Assembly: GCA_012719395.1 (NCBI GenBank)
Contig: JAAYAL010000081.1
Span: 1 to 63,010, forward strand
Direction: 5' to 3'
Source of the DNA: Gaiellales bacterium
Lineage (GTDB): Bacteria; Actinomycetota; Thermoleophilia; RBG-16-64-13
DNA length: 63,010 nt
Below are positions 28,984-38,318 of the stretch, one piece after another. The notes below the pieces were generated by a model. The model saw only the letters and a program-made list of their open reading frames with translations. It did not search any database and was not told the DNA's origin. Positions within the stretch are counted from its first letter, which is position 1, and each line of letters begins with the position of its first letter. The position numbers and the translations under genes are program-made.

Positions 28984-29841
28984 GTGATACTCAACCGACA
29001 GAACACGGCGGTGATCGTCGACTCCACGGCCGATCTGCCGGACTACCTGGCGATGGATCCCAACTTGACCATCGTCCCCTTGATGGTCCACATTGGGGGC
29101 GAGACCTACCTGGACTGGGTCGAGCTCAAACCGGAGGCCTTCTACGAGAAACTGTCCGTAGTGGAGCAACTGCCGCGCACATCGCAGCCGGCGGTTGGCG
29201 TCTTCAAGCAGCTCTACGAGCGGCTGCGGGGACACTACGAGCATATCTACTCCATCCACCTTAGTAGCGAGTTCAGTGGGACCTACTCCAGCGCCTGCAT
29301 GGCACAGCAGTCCGTCTCGGGAGTGACCGTTGTGGATTCCCAGCTGGCCACAGGGGGGATCGCCCTGCTGGTGGACCGTGTGATGGAGAGATTGTCAGCC
29401 GGCATCGCCAAAGAGGACTTGGATGCTTATCTATCCCGCTATGTGGCAGACCGCGGCTTCTACTTCATCCCGCAAACGCTGGACTACTTGGCCAAGGGTG
29501 GTCGCATCGGTCGCGCGGCGCACCTGGTGGGCACGCTGCTCAATATCACGCCCGTGCTCACCATCAAGGACGGGATGGCCGATGCATACAAGCGGGTCCG
29601 GGGCATGCGCCAGGCCCTCCGTGCCATGCAGAAGGCAGTGCTCAGCCACACCTCATCGGGTCGGCCCGTGTATATGTCGCTGATGCACGCAGTCAACCTC
29701 CCCCTTCTGGAGCGGCTGCGTGAAGCCATGCAGTTGATCCCGGACCGTCACATCGAGATACGGCTCACCACCACGGTTGGTCCGGTGATCGGCACGTATT
29801 GTGGGCCGGGCGCGGTAGGCATATGTTTCATCCAGGAGTAG
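28984..29841 (+). CDS. DegV family fatty-acid-binding protein
   Basis: MILNRQNTAVIVDSTADLP... matches the DegV N-terminus. GTG start with AGGGAGGAA RBS at 28971-28979. Confidence 0.8.
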   Translation: MILNRQNTAVIVDSTADLPDYLAMDPNLTIVPLMVHIGGETYLDWVELKPEAFYEKLSVVEQLPRTSQPAVGVFKQLYERLRGHYEHIYSIHLSSEFSGTYSSACMAQQSVSGVTVVDSQLATGGIALLVDRVMERLSAGIAKEDLDAYLSRYVADRGFYFIPQTLDYLAKGGRIGRAAHLVGTLLNITPVLTIKDGMADAYKRVRGMRQALRAMQKAVLSHTSSGRPVYMSLMHAVNLPLLERLREAMQLIPDRHIEIRLTTTVGPVIGTYCGPGAVGICFIQE

Positions 29842-29888
29842 AACCAGGTCAGGAAGGCGCCGGGGGCGTTGAGCTTGGAGGCAAAGAG

Positions 29889-30449
29889 ATGATCGAGCGC
29901 TTGCTGGAAGGCAATCGTCGGTATGCCGCAGGGCGGTCGAGTGCGGCGAACGCGTCGCCGGCCAGGCGCCGGGAGTTGGTCGCCGGCCAGGCGCCTGCGG
30001 CTGCCGTGTTGTGTTGCTCCGATTCGCGCGTCCCGCCCGAGATCATCTTCGACTGCGGTTTGGGCGAGCTCTTCGTTGTGCGTGTCGCCGGGAATGTGAT
30101 TGATCCCGTGGTCCTGGACAGCCTGGAATACGCCGTGGATCACCTGGGGGTGCAGCTGGTGGTGGTGCTGGGCCACAACAACTGCGGGGCGGTAACGGCG
30201 GCCTGCGCGGGGGGGCACAGCCGATCTCCCGGGCACCTTGCTGATCTGCTGTGCCTCCTGGGGCCGGCGGTAGAGGCGGCGGACGCGCTGGGCCGGCCCG
30301 CCACGCGGGTGGACGATGCGGTTGCAGCCAACGTGCGCATGGCCGTCCAGAAGCTGGAGCAGCACCTGGGAACCGCATCGGTGGGGCGGGGGTTGCTCGT
30401 GGTGGGCGCACTCTACGATCTCGAGTCCGGAGTGGTCTCCCTCCTCTGA
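29889..30449 (+). CDS. beta-class carbonic anhydrase
   Basis: CSDSRVPPE...HNNCGAV zinc-ligand motifs. ATG at 29889 with a GGAGG RBS. Confidence 0.8.
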   Translation: MIERLLEGNRRYAAGRSSAANASPARRRELVAGQAPAAAVLCCSDSRVPPEIIFDCGLGELFVVRVAGNVIDPVVLDSLEYAVDHLGVQLVVVLGHNNCGAVTAACAGGHSRSPGHLADLLCLLGPAVEAADALGRPATRVDDAVAANVRMAVQKLEQHLGTASVGRGLLVVGALYDLESGVVSLL

Positions 30450-30513
30450 AGCCCCTGGGAGCCCTCTCCTTCCCGCGTTCGCACTCCCTGCTCCCAGCGT
30501 CTATGCTTTGCCA

Positions 30514-32277
30514 ATGGCTCGCGGCTCGCGCAAAGGATCCAGTCCCTATCTCCGCAGGCGCATCGCGGCTGCCGTCCTCGCGGCTGCCGTCGTCCTGCTG
30601 CTGTTGGTTGCTGTCGACGCGGTGGCGTACTGGGGGCGCATTCACCATGGCATCAGCGTGGCCGGGGTGGATTTCGGGGGCATGAAGAGGGATCAGGCGG
30701 TGGAGAGGCTGAGCGAGCTCGCGGGGGCCTCTCTGGCCCGGAGCATCACACTAGCGGCCGGAGGCCGCGCATGGCCGGTGCAGCCGTCGCTGTTCGGCAC
30801 GCAGATCATGGAGGAAGCCACTATTGCGGAAGCCATGGCCCTGACGCGCAACCGCAGTTTCTTCAACAACGTGTCCAAGCGCCTCAGGCTCTACTTCTCC
30901 CGGCAGAATGTTGATCTGCTCGGCTCGGTCAACGAGAAGAGCATGGATGCCTTCATCGCCGATATCGCCAAGCAGTTGGATATCCTGCCGGTGAACGCCT
31001 CCCTGGAATTCCACGGCTCCGTCGTCAGGGTGCGAGATGGCGAGCCGGGCCTGGTGGTGGATCGTGACGCTCTGCGCAATGCCCTCACCTCCACTCTGCT
31101 GTCGCTACACGCCACGCAGATCGAGATTGCCGTTGTCGAGGCACAGCCGGCAGTCCACGCCGCGGACACGGCAAAGGCTGTGGAGGAGGCGCGGGTGATG
31201 ATCGCCGCCCCCGTCGTCTTGGCTCACGGCGAGAACAAGTGGAAGCTGACCGGGGAGGAGATCCAGGCTTTCGTCGACTGCGTGGTGGAGAAGAGGGGCG
31301 GTGTGGCCGAGTTGATCCCGGTGATATCTGCTACCAAGGCGGAGGGCTTCCTGAATGAGATCGCTTCAGAGGTGAATCAGGCGATGGGCAATGCCACTTG
31401 GGACACCGACGGCCAGACGGCAACCCTTCTCGAGGCGTACAGCGGGTTTGAGTTGGACAGGGCTGAGACGGCGCTGGCCCTGACCAACGCCGCCAAGGCC
31501 TCCGCCAATCGGGTGGCGCAGGCGGTGATTGCCGAAGTGAAGCCGGAGCGGACTACTGAGCAGGCTCAGGAGATGGGCATCGTGTCGGCGCTGGGCAGGT
31601 TCAAGACGGAGTTCGAGGGAACCGAGAACCGTGTGTCCAACATCAAACGGGCGGCGGAACTCATCAGTGACACCCTGCTCGCCCCCGGAGAGGAGTTCAG
31701 CTTCAACAAGGTGGTGGGCGAGAGGACCGAGGAGCGCGGATTCCATCAGGCCAAGGTTGTCTCTGCGGACGGGACCCTGCAGGACGATCTGGGCGGAGGG
31801 ATCTGCCAGGTGGCCACCACTCTGTTCAACGCCGCTTTCGCGGCGGGGTTGGACATCACCGAACGGAAGAACCACTCGTTGTACTTCGAGTCGTACCCCA
31901 AGGGGCGGGATGCCGCCGTGAGCTGGGATGGCCCCGACCTTCGTTTCGTCAACGATACCGGCCATTGGCTGCTGATCAGAGCCGCTGCCACCAACAAGAG
32001 CGTCGTCTTCGTGCTGTACGGAACACCTGACGGACGGGTAACGGACACCACCACCAGTGACTGGTACGAGGTGGAGCCCCAGGGCACGAAGACTGAACTC
32101 TCCTCTGAGCTGGCGGCGGGCCAAACGCGCGTCAAGGATCACGGGCAGGACGGCAGGTCGTGCACGGTCACGCGGATTGTAAAGGATGCCTCAGGAACCG
32201 TGCTGCACGAGGATGTCTTTGAGAGCTGCTATCCCATGTATTTCCAGATCATTGAAGAGGGTACGAAGACCTCGTAG
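30514..32277 (+). CDS. VanW family protein (N-terminal TM anchor, VanW domain, G5-like C-terminus)
   Basis: N-terminal TM segment, then a VanW core (...FSFNKVVGERTEERGFHQAKV...GGGICQVATTLFNAAFAAGL...). Start at ATG 30514. Confidence 0.7.
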   Translation: MARGSRKGSSPYLRRRIAAAVLAAAVVLLLLVAVDAVAYWGRIHHGISVAGVDFGGMKRDQAVERLSELAGASLARSITLAAGGRAWPVQPSLFGTQIMEEATIAEAMALTRNRSFFNNVSKRLRLYFSRQNVDLLGSVNEKSMDAFIADIAKQLDILPVNASLEFHGSVVRVRDGEPGLVVDRDALRNALTSTLLSLHATQIEIAVVEAQPAVHAADTAKAVEEARVMIAAPVVLAHGENKWKLTGEEIQAFVDCVVEKRGGVAELIPVISATKAEGFLNEIASEVNQAMGNATWDTDGQTATLLEAYSGFELDRAETALALTNAAKASANRVAQAVIAEVKPERTTEQAQEMGIVSALGRFKTEFEGTENRVSNIKRAAELISDTLLAPGEEFSFNKVVGERTEERGFHQAKVVSADGTLQDDLGGGICQVATTLFNAAFAAGLDITERKNHSLYFESYPKGRDAAVSWDGPDLRFVNDTGHWLLIRAAATNKSVVFVLYGTPDGRVTDTTTSDWYEVEPQGTKTELSSELAAGQTRVKDHGQDGRSCTVTRIVKDASGTVLHEDVFESCYPMYFQIIEEGTKTS

Positions 32278-32279
32278 GG

Positions 32280-33266
32280 GTGGAGGAGGCTGGCGTGCCG
32301 ATCGGTGGCTATTGCGAGGAGTGCGGCAAGTGGGTGTGGGTGACCTCATCGGGTGAGTGCCGGCATGGTCACCCGGCGTCTTCGGTGCGGGAAGTCCAAG
32401 TCCTCAAACCGGCGGAGAGGCCGTTGGGGCCCTTCGGTCGGGCACCGCGACCTGCTCAGGCGGAAAGGGGGACAGGCCGTTGGTGGTGGCGACACTCCTT
32501 GTGGATGGTGTGGACCTTCACGTTGGGCGTGTTGACCTGGGTTTCCTTCGTCTATGTCGGTCAACGGGCGCGGAGTAGGGCATGGATTCTGTGGGGTTTG
32601 GTGTACGCCGTCCCCATGGTGCTTACCATTGCCTCCATAGGCTCCGGGTATCTGCAGTATGCGGTGGCGCTGCAGGTGCTGGTCTCCATCATCTCCATCG
32701 TGCATGCCTTTCTCATTCGTCCCACCTACCGGGCGATCATGTTTGGGGATCCGCCGTCCGGGATCGGTCCCGCGCCGCCGGCCATGTTGTTGGAGAGGGG
32801 AACGCGCGGCGCCCTGCCCCCCGGGGGGCACGAGGCGGTCGGTGCAGTGCTGCAGGAGGCCCAGTCTCGGGTGGATGGCATTGCCGCTGCAGCTGAGGTC
32901 ATCGCCAAGCCGGAGGTGAGGCAGGCGGTGGGACGCCTCTGCCTCACCGCGGAACAGATCCTGGAGGAGATCCTGCTCAAACCCGGGCAGGCGGAGTTGG
33001 CCCGAGGCTTTCTCAACTACTATCTGGAGGCCGCCGATCGTATCATTCGCGGCTACGCCGACCTGTCGGGGCGCCACTTGGTGTCGGCTGAGGTCACGCA
33101 GACTCTCGCACAGGCGGAAGCTTCCCTGGGAGGTATCCAGAAGGCGTTCGACAATCAACTGTCCATGCTGCTCCAGTACCGGTTGCTGGACCTCGACGGC
33201 GAGATAAGCCTTTTGGAGAAGACGGTGCAGATGGACGGCCTGGCAGGTCCAGGAGCGTCGGGGTGA
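32280..33266 (+). CDS. zinc-ribbon-containing membrane protein (hypothetical)
   Basis: N-terminal CEECGKW...CRHGH zinc ribbon, 2-3 TM helices, and a helical C-terminus. GTG start 3 nt after the vanW stop, so translationally coupled. Confidence 0.45.
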   Translation: MEEAGVPIGGYCEECGKWVWVTSSGECRHGHPASSVREVQVLKPAERPLGPFGRAPRPAQAERGTGRWWWRHSLWMVWTFTLGVLTWVSFVYVGQRARSRAWILWGLVYAVPMVLTIASIGSGYLQYAVALQVLVSIISIVHAFLIRPTYRAIMFGDPPSGIGPAPPAMLLERGTRGALPPGGHEAVGAVLQEAQSRVDGIAAAAEVIAKPEVRQAVGRLCLTAEQILEEILLKPGQAELARGFLNYYLEAADRIIRGYADLSGRHLVSAEVTQTLAQAEASLGGIQKAFDNQLSMLLQYRLLDLDGEISLLEKTVQMDGLAGPGASG

Positions 33267-33413
33267 CACGCCCCCGCTTGTCAGGTATAGTGTAGGTCAC
33301 CATGTCTCGATAGGAACCCTCCTCGGCGCCCCGCTGGACTCCCAAGTTCTCTCGGTCGTTTCGTAGGCTCGCCTATCGGGATGTGGCAGCGCAACTCCCA
33401 GTTTGGAGGGTCA

Positions 33414-33743
33414 GTGAGTTCAGCAAAGCTGTATGTGGGCAATCTCAGTTACGGCACCACGGACGGCACTATTCGGTCGCTGTTCGAGTCCCACGGGACC
33501 GTGGCCTCGGTCAACCTCATCGCGGACCGGGAAACCGGCCGGCCGAAGGGCTTCGGCTTCGTGGAGATGGGAACCCCGGAAGAAGCAGAGGCTGCCAAGA
33601 GCGCGCTCGACGGCACAGAGGTGGATGGGCGTACCATCAAAGTGGACATGGCCAAGGTGCAGCAACCGCGTAGAAGCGGTGGCGGTGGTTATGGTGGTGG
33701 CTACGGCGGCGGTGGGTACGGCGGCGGCAGCCGTCGCTGGTAG
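33414..33743 (+). CDS. RRM-type RNA-binding protein with glycine-rich tail
   Basis: RNP-2 KLYVGNL and RNP-1 KGFGFVEM motifs, with a C-terminal GGGYGGGYGGGGYGGG tail. GTG start with GGAGGG RBS at 33405-33410; the ATG at 33381 is an alternative. Confidence 0.8.
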   Translation: MSSAKLYVGNLSYGTTDGTIRSLFESHGTVASVNLIADRETGRPKGFGFVEMGTPEEAEAAKSALDGTEVDGRTIKVDMAKVQQPRRSGGGGYGGGYGGGGYGGGSRRW

Positions 33744-33772
33744 ACGCGCGTAGCGGACAAGACCGTTTGTGA

Positions 33773-33800
33773 GCGCCGCCGGCCTTCGGGCCGGCGGCGC
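33773..33800 (+). terminator. GC-rich hairpin (12-bp perfect stem, TTCG loop) downstream of the RRM gene
   Basis: GCGCCGCCGGCC-TTCG-GGCCGGCGGCGC followed by TCGTTGTC. Probable intrinsic terminator with a weak U-tract. Confidence 0.5.
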
Positions 33801-33814
33801 TCGTTGTCAGAGTG

Positions 33815-33850
33815 GGCAAGGAGGGCGCCGGGTGGCGCCCTCCTTGCCCT
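33815..33850 (-). terminator. GC-rich hairpin (16-bp stem) downstream of trkH on the minus strand
   Basis: GGGCAAGGAGGGCGCC-GGGT-GGCGCCCTCCTTGCCC. With 33773-33800 it forms a back-to-back terminator pair between the convergent RRM and trkH genes. Confidence 0.5.
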
Positions 33851-33871
33851 GTGTCCTCTTTCGTTGGGCTC

Positions 33872-35317
33872 TCATTTCTTCCAGAACTGGCGCGTAAAAG
33901 GCAGCAGTATGGCGTACAGCTCCAGGCGGCCGATGACCATCAGCGCGGTGAGCACAAGCTTGGCGAAGGGCGTCATGAAAGCGTAGTTCATAGTCGCTCC
34001 CACAGCCCCCAGCCCCGGGCCTATGTTGTTGAAGGTGGCGATGACCGAGGTGGAGGCGGTGATGAGGTCCGTGTTGCTTGTGGCGATGAGCAGGGAGCCC
34101 ACAACGAAGACCATCACGTAGAGGGCGAAATGCTGGAACACCGATATCCGGATGGATTCGGGGACGACCTGCCCGCCCAGTTTCAAGGGCAGTACGGCCT
34201 TTGGATGGAGTTGGCGGGTCAACCCGTGATGGGTGCTCTTCAGAAGCACCAGCAGGCGTGACACCTTGAAGCCGCCGGCGGTGGAGCCCGCCGATCCACC
34301 GATGAACATGAGGATGAGGAGTAGGAACTTGGCGAACGTGTTCCATTGATCGAAGTCGGCGCTGACGAATCCGGTGGTGGTCTGCACGGAGACAACCTGG
34401 AAAGCGGCCTCGCGAAAGGCGTGCCCGATCGTGAAGTGGCTCTTGGCCGCGATGAGGCTGATGGTAATGGCGATGATGCTCAACCCCACGATACCCGTGT
34501 AGCTGCGGAACTCGGGACTCTGGAACAGCTTGCGACGCTGCCCGCGGAGAAACGCAAAGTAGAGGGCGAAGTTGCCACCCGCCAGGAACATGAACCAGGT
34601 GATGATCGCTTCGTAAGTGACGTTGTTGTAGGTGGCGACACTTCGCTCCAGGGGTGAGAACCCGCCGGTGGCCATGCTGCCGAAGGAGTGCGTGACGGCG
34701 TCAAACAGTGGCATGCCCGCCGCGGTGAGTAGCACGGTCTCCAGCAGTGTCAGGGCCACGTAGATCAACCACAGGCCGCGGGCGGTGTCTCTGAGCTTGG
34801 GGGTCAACCGCTCAGTGACGGGACCGGGTGATTCTGCAGAGAACAGCTTCATGGCTCCCGCGCCGATAGAGGGCAGGATGGCCACGAAGAGCACCAGTAT
34901 CCCCATCCCGCCGTACCAGTGCGTGAGGCTGCGCCAAAAGAGGATACCGTGTGGCTGGTTGTAGTCCACCAGCACGCTGGCGCCCGTGGTGGTGAAGCCG
35001 GACATGCTCTCGAAGAGGGCGTCCACTACGCCGAAAGTCCCGTTCAGGATGAAGGGGAGCGCACCAAAGATCATGGCCACGATCCAGCCCCCTCCCACGG
35101 TGAGGAAGCCTTCGCGGTACCCGATAGTGGTCCTCCCACGGGGACGGGTGGCCAGCAGCACGGGAAGCGCCACGACCACGCAGACGCCGGCACTGAGGAG
35201 AAAGGCCCAGACATCTGGGTCTCGGTAGATGGCAGAAACGCCGGCACTGAGCAGGATGCCCGCGCCGACGGCAAGGATCACCAGGCCGTTGAGGTACCCA
35301 ACCAGGCGCAGATTCAC
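33872..35317 (-). CDS. trkH: Trk/Ktr-system potassium uptake protein, membrane subunit
   Basis: 481-aa polytopic membrane protein with repeated M-P-M pore motifs, TrkH/KtrB family. Confidence 0.85.
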   Translation of the reverse strand: MNLRLVGYLNGLVILAVGAGILLSAGVSAIYRDPDVWAFLLSAGVCVVVALPVLLATRPRGRTTIGYREGFLTVGGGWIVAMIFGALPFILNGTFGVVDALFESMSGFTTTGASVLVDYNQPHGILFWRSLTHWYGGMGILVLFVAILPSIGAGAMKLFSAESPGPVTERLTPKLRDTARGLWLIYVALTLLETVLLTAAGMPLFDAVTHSFGSMATGGFSPLERSVATYNNVTYEAIITWFMFLAGGNFALYFAFLRGQRRKLFQSPEFRSYTGIVGLSIIAITISLIAAKSHFTIGHAFREAAFQVVSVQTTTGFVSADFDQWNTFAKFLLLILMFIGGSAGSTAGGFKVSRLLVLLKSTHHGLTRQLHPKAVLPLKLGGQVVPESIRISVFQHFALYVMVFVVGSLLIATSNTDLITASTSVIATFNNIGPGLGAVGATMNYAFMTPFAKLVLTALMVIGRLELYAILLPFTRQFWKK

Positions 35318-35333
35318 CTGCCGCCCGCCCCCT

Positions 35334-36674
35334 TCACCTGGAGCGAAACATCCTTTCCACTTCGGTCACAGCCTCTTCTGCGGAGAAGACGATGGCCAGA
35401 TCTCCGGGGCGGGGAACGGAGTCCCCTCTGGCCATGATGACCTCCTCTCCCCTGACGAGCACTGCCAAGACGGCTCCGCGTGGGAAGCGCCCCTCCCGCA
35501 GCGGGGATCGGGACACCGCGCTGTTGGGGCTTACCCGCAGCTCGAGCACTTCGCCCGCGGATTTGTCGAGGAGGGCGGCGTTCACAACCTCACCCTTGCG
35601 CACGTAGCGCAACACGGCTGATGCCGTCAATTGACGCGGGCTCACGGCCACATCCACCCCCATGGACTGCAGCACGCGGGTGAAGTCGCTGGTCTCAACC
35701 ACGGCGATGGTGCGCTGTGCACCCAGGCGTTTGGCCTGGAGGGCGGCGAGCATGTTCAATCTATCGTCGCCGGTGGCGGCAACGAACAACCCCACCTCGT
35801 CGACGCCTTCCGACAGGAGGAAGGACTCGCTCAGGCCCTCGTCGTGGAGGACAAGGCAGTGCGAAAGCACTGCGGCAGCCTCCATGGCCCGCTCGTGGTC
35901 CTTCTCGAGCACTTTGGGACGCAATCCCCGGTTTTCCAATTCGAGCGCGATCTGCAGCCCGATGTCACCGCAGCCCAGCACCATGGCCGAGTGGCGTTCC
36001 TTCCGGTGGCCGGAGAGAAGCGCGGCGGTCTGCTTGACGGGGTCGGGGATTCCCACGATGAAGACGGTGTCTTCCTGACCGAGGACGGTGGAGCCGCGAG
36101 GCATAGCGACTTCCCCTCGGGTGAGCAGCCCGGTGATAAGCACCCCCCGCGGCAGTCCCATGTCCATGATTCTCTTGCCGACCACGGTGCTGTGTCGGTC
36201 CACGCGCACCTCGACCATGCTGACCTGCCCGTTGGCAAAGGACTCAACCTCCAACGTGCCGGGGTAGTCGGCCAGGCGGCCCACCTGCTCGGCGACGGCA
36301 GCTTCCGGCTGGATCACGCGGTCAATGCCGGTGAAGTCACTCGAGACACCCTTTCCGGGTTCGACGTAGTCCTCATTGCGGATGCGGGCCACGGTGAGCG
36401 GGACTCCGGCCCGCTTGGCCACCATGCAGGCGATCATGTTGACCTCGTCGGAATCTGTGACCGCCATGAGTATTGCTGCATTGGCTACGTTGGCCTCGAG
36501 GAGCACCCGGCGGGAAGCACCGTTCCCCACGATGGTCAGCGCGTCGGCTTCGTCTGCGAGCTGCTGCAGACGCTCCGCGTCGCGGTCGATCACGGCCACA
36601 TCGTGACCCTCACGACCGAGCATCTCCGCGATGTATTGACCTACTTCCCCTGCACCAACCACCACTGCATACAT
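35334..36674 (-). CDS. trkA: Trk/Ktr-system potassium uptake protein, NAD-binding RCK subunit
   Basis: MYAVVVGAGEVGQYIAEML..HDVAVID Rossmann fold, and a second RCK_N + RCK_C half (MVLGCGDIGLQIA..). Start alternatives are 36687 and 36731. Lies 16 nt upstream of trkH. Confidence 0.85.
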   Translation of the reverse strand: MYAVVVGAGEVGQYIAEMLGREGHDVAVIDRDAERLQQLADEADALTIVGNGASRRVLLEANVANAAILMAVTDSDEVNMIACMVAKRAGVPLTVARIRNEDYVEPGKGVSSDFTGIDRVIQPEAAVAEQVGRLADYPGTLEVESFANGQVSMVEVRVDRHSTVVGKRIMDMGLPRGVLITGLLTRGEVAMPRGSTVLGQEDTVFIVGIPDPVKQTAALLSGHRKERHSAMVLGCGDIGLQIALELENRGLRPKVLEKDHERAMEAAAVLSHCLVLHDEGLSESFLLSEGVDEVGLFVAATGDDRLNMLAALQAKRLGAQRTIAVVETSDFTRVLQSMGVDVAVSPRQLTASAVLRYVRKGEVVNAALLDKSAGEVLELRVSPNSAVSRSPLREGRFPRGAVLAVLVRGEEVIMARGDSVPRPGDLAIVFSAEEAVTEVERMFRSR

Positions 36675-36775
36675 GCCTCTGAGCATACCGGAGCAAAGAG
36701 GCCCTTGAAAGACGAGCGACAAGCTCTCCACTGGAATAAGGATTAGAGAGACTCGGAAACGGGTACCGAAACGAT

Positions 36776-37648
36776 ATGGCCGGCATCGTAGTCGTCGCTG
36801 ACTCCAGTTCCAACATTCCCCTCGCTTTGGCCGAGGGGCTCCCGCTGGTCATTGTGCCCATGGTTGTGGTGTTGGAGGGGCGGGAGCTACGCGACGGCAT
36901 CGATGTGACACCGGACCAGTTCTATGCTTGGCAGGCGGCTCATCCGGATGCTGAGTATTCCACCTCCTGCCCTTCGCCCGGTGACTTCAGAGCCGCCTAC
37001 GAGGATGTGGCCGCCACTGCCGATGGGATCGTCTCTGTGCACATCGCGGCGGGGCTCAGCACCACCCTGGATTGTGCGTCCCGGGGAGCCGCGCTGTTCG
37101 CCGAGCATCGTCCGGCGGGCTTCCCTCCGGTGATGCTGGTGGACACCGGTGTTGTGAGCATGGCCTGCGGGTTCTGCGCCCTGGCTGCGGCCAGGAAGGC
37201 GCAGGAAGGGGCCGGTCTGGAACAGGTGTTGGGGGAGGCCAACCGCGTCAGGGAGCTGGTGCGGATGTACGCTGTGCTTCGCACCCTGCGCTACGCGGCG
37301 AGAAGCGGCCGAGTGCCGTCAATCGTCAAGTACGTGGTGGCGCAGATCCCCGTGCGCCCCCTGCTTCGCATCGGGGGTGGCAGGGTCAGCTTGGTACGTG
37401 CGGACCAGAGTTACCAACGGGCGATGAGGCGGCTGCGCGAGGTTGTGGTACGCGAGGCGGGCGGCCTCCCGGTCCGCATGGCAGTGATGCACGCTGCGGC
37501 GCCGGAGGAGGCCGAGGAGTTGGCCGCGGAGCTGTGCCGTGCGTGTGATTGCCGGGAGATTGTGATCGGGCCCTTCACGCCGGTGGTCGGGGCGCATACC
37601 GGCCCCGGGTTGCTGGTGGTGGCGTTTCATCTGGACAAGGGTGAGTGA
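36776..37648 (+). CDS. DegV family protein (second paralog)
   Basis: MAGIVVVADSSSNIPLA... DegV fold. Stop overlaps the plsY ATG (ATGA). Confidence 0.75.
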   Translation: MAGIVVVADSSSNIPLALAEGLPLVIVPMVVVLEGRELRDGIDVTPDQFYAWQAAHPDAEYSTSCPSPGDFRAAYEDVAATADGIVSVHIAAGLSTTLDCASRGAALFAEHRPAGFPPVMLVDTGVVSMACGFCALAAARKAQEGAGLEQVLGEANRVRELVRMYAVLRTLRYAARSGRVPSIVKYVVAQIPVRPLLRIGGGRVSLVRADQSYQRAMRRLREVVVREAGGLPVRMAVMHAAAPEEAEELAAELCRACDCREIVIGPFTPVVGAHTGPGLLVVAFHLDKGE

Positions 37649-38277
37649 TGAGCTGGGCCAACGTCGTGGCGCCGCTGGCTGGATACCTGATCGGCTCTGT
37701 GCCCACCGCGTACCTGGTTGCCCGGCGGCGGCATGGAGTGGACATCCGGGAGATCGGCAGCGGCAACGTGGGCGGCTCCAACATGCGAGCCGTTGGCGGT
37801 GTCTGGGGCACGATCCTGGTAGGCGTGACGGACCTGGTCAAAGGTGCGGTTGCAGTCTGGGCGGTGCTGCTGCTCGGCCTGGGGGAGGGCACGGCGGGGA
37901 TCACCGGCATGGCTGTGGTGGCGGGACACAACTGGCCTGTCTGGCTGGGGTTTCGGGGCGGCCGGGGTGCCGCCGCCACCCTGGGAGTGCTGCTGGTGTT
38001 GTTCCCCCTGGGCTTCCTCTGGGTGCTGTTGTTCCTCGCTGTGGGCAGGCCGCTGCAGTTGGTGGCCGTGCTGCACGTCGTGGCCGTGGTGTCGCTTTCC
38101 GGCTTGGCGGTCGTTGTCGGAGAGCCGGCTTCCATGGTGTGGCTTCTCGTTGCGCTGGCCCTGCTGATGGTGATCAAGCGTCTGGAAGCCAACCAGCGGT
38201 TTCGAGTCCCGACAGGGACGGAGACTTCACGCCGTGTGCTGGCGAACCGTCTCCTGCTGGACCGCGACCAAAGATGA
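37645..38277 (+). CDS. plsY: glycerol-3-phosphate acyltransferase (acyl-phosphate dependent)
   Basis: LIGSVPTAYLVARRRHGVDIREIGSGNVGGSNM...GHNWPVWLGFRGGRG match the PlsY motifs. Confidence 0.85.
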   Translation: MMSWANVVAPLAGYLIGSVPTAYLVARRRHGVDIREIGSGNVGGSNMRAVGGVWGTILVGVTDLVKGAVAVWAVLLLGLGEGTAGITGMAVVAGHNWPVWLGFRGGRGAAATLGVLLVLFPLGFLWVLLFLAVGRPLQLVAVLHVVAVVSLSGLAVVVGEPASMVWLLVALALLMVIKRLEANQRFRVPTGTETSRRVLANRLLLDRDQR

Positions 38278-38318
38278 GGAGGCCGCCGCCTCACCTGGTT
38301 TCTGGAGGCGGGTGGTGA

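Noticed and set aside
35631-36746. 371-aa plus-strand ORF antisense to trkA
   Set aside because: Shadow ORF; trkA on the minus strand has the Rossmann/RCK motifs.
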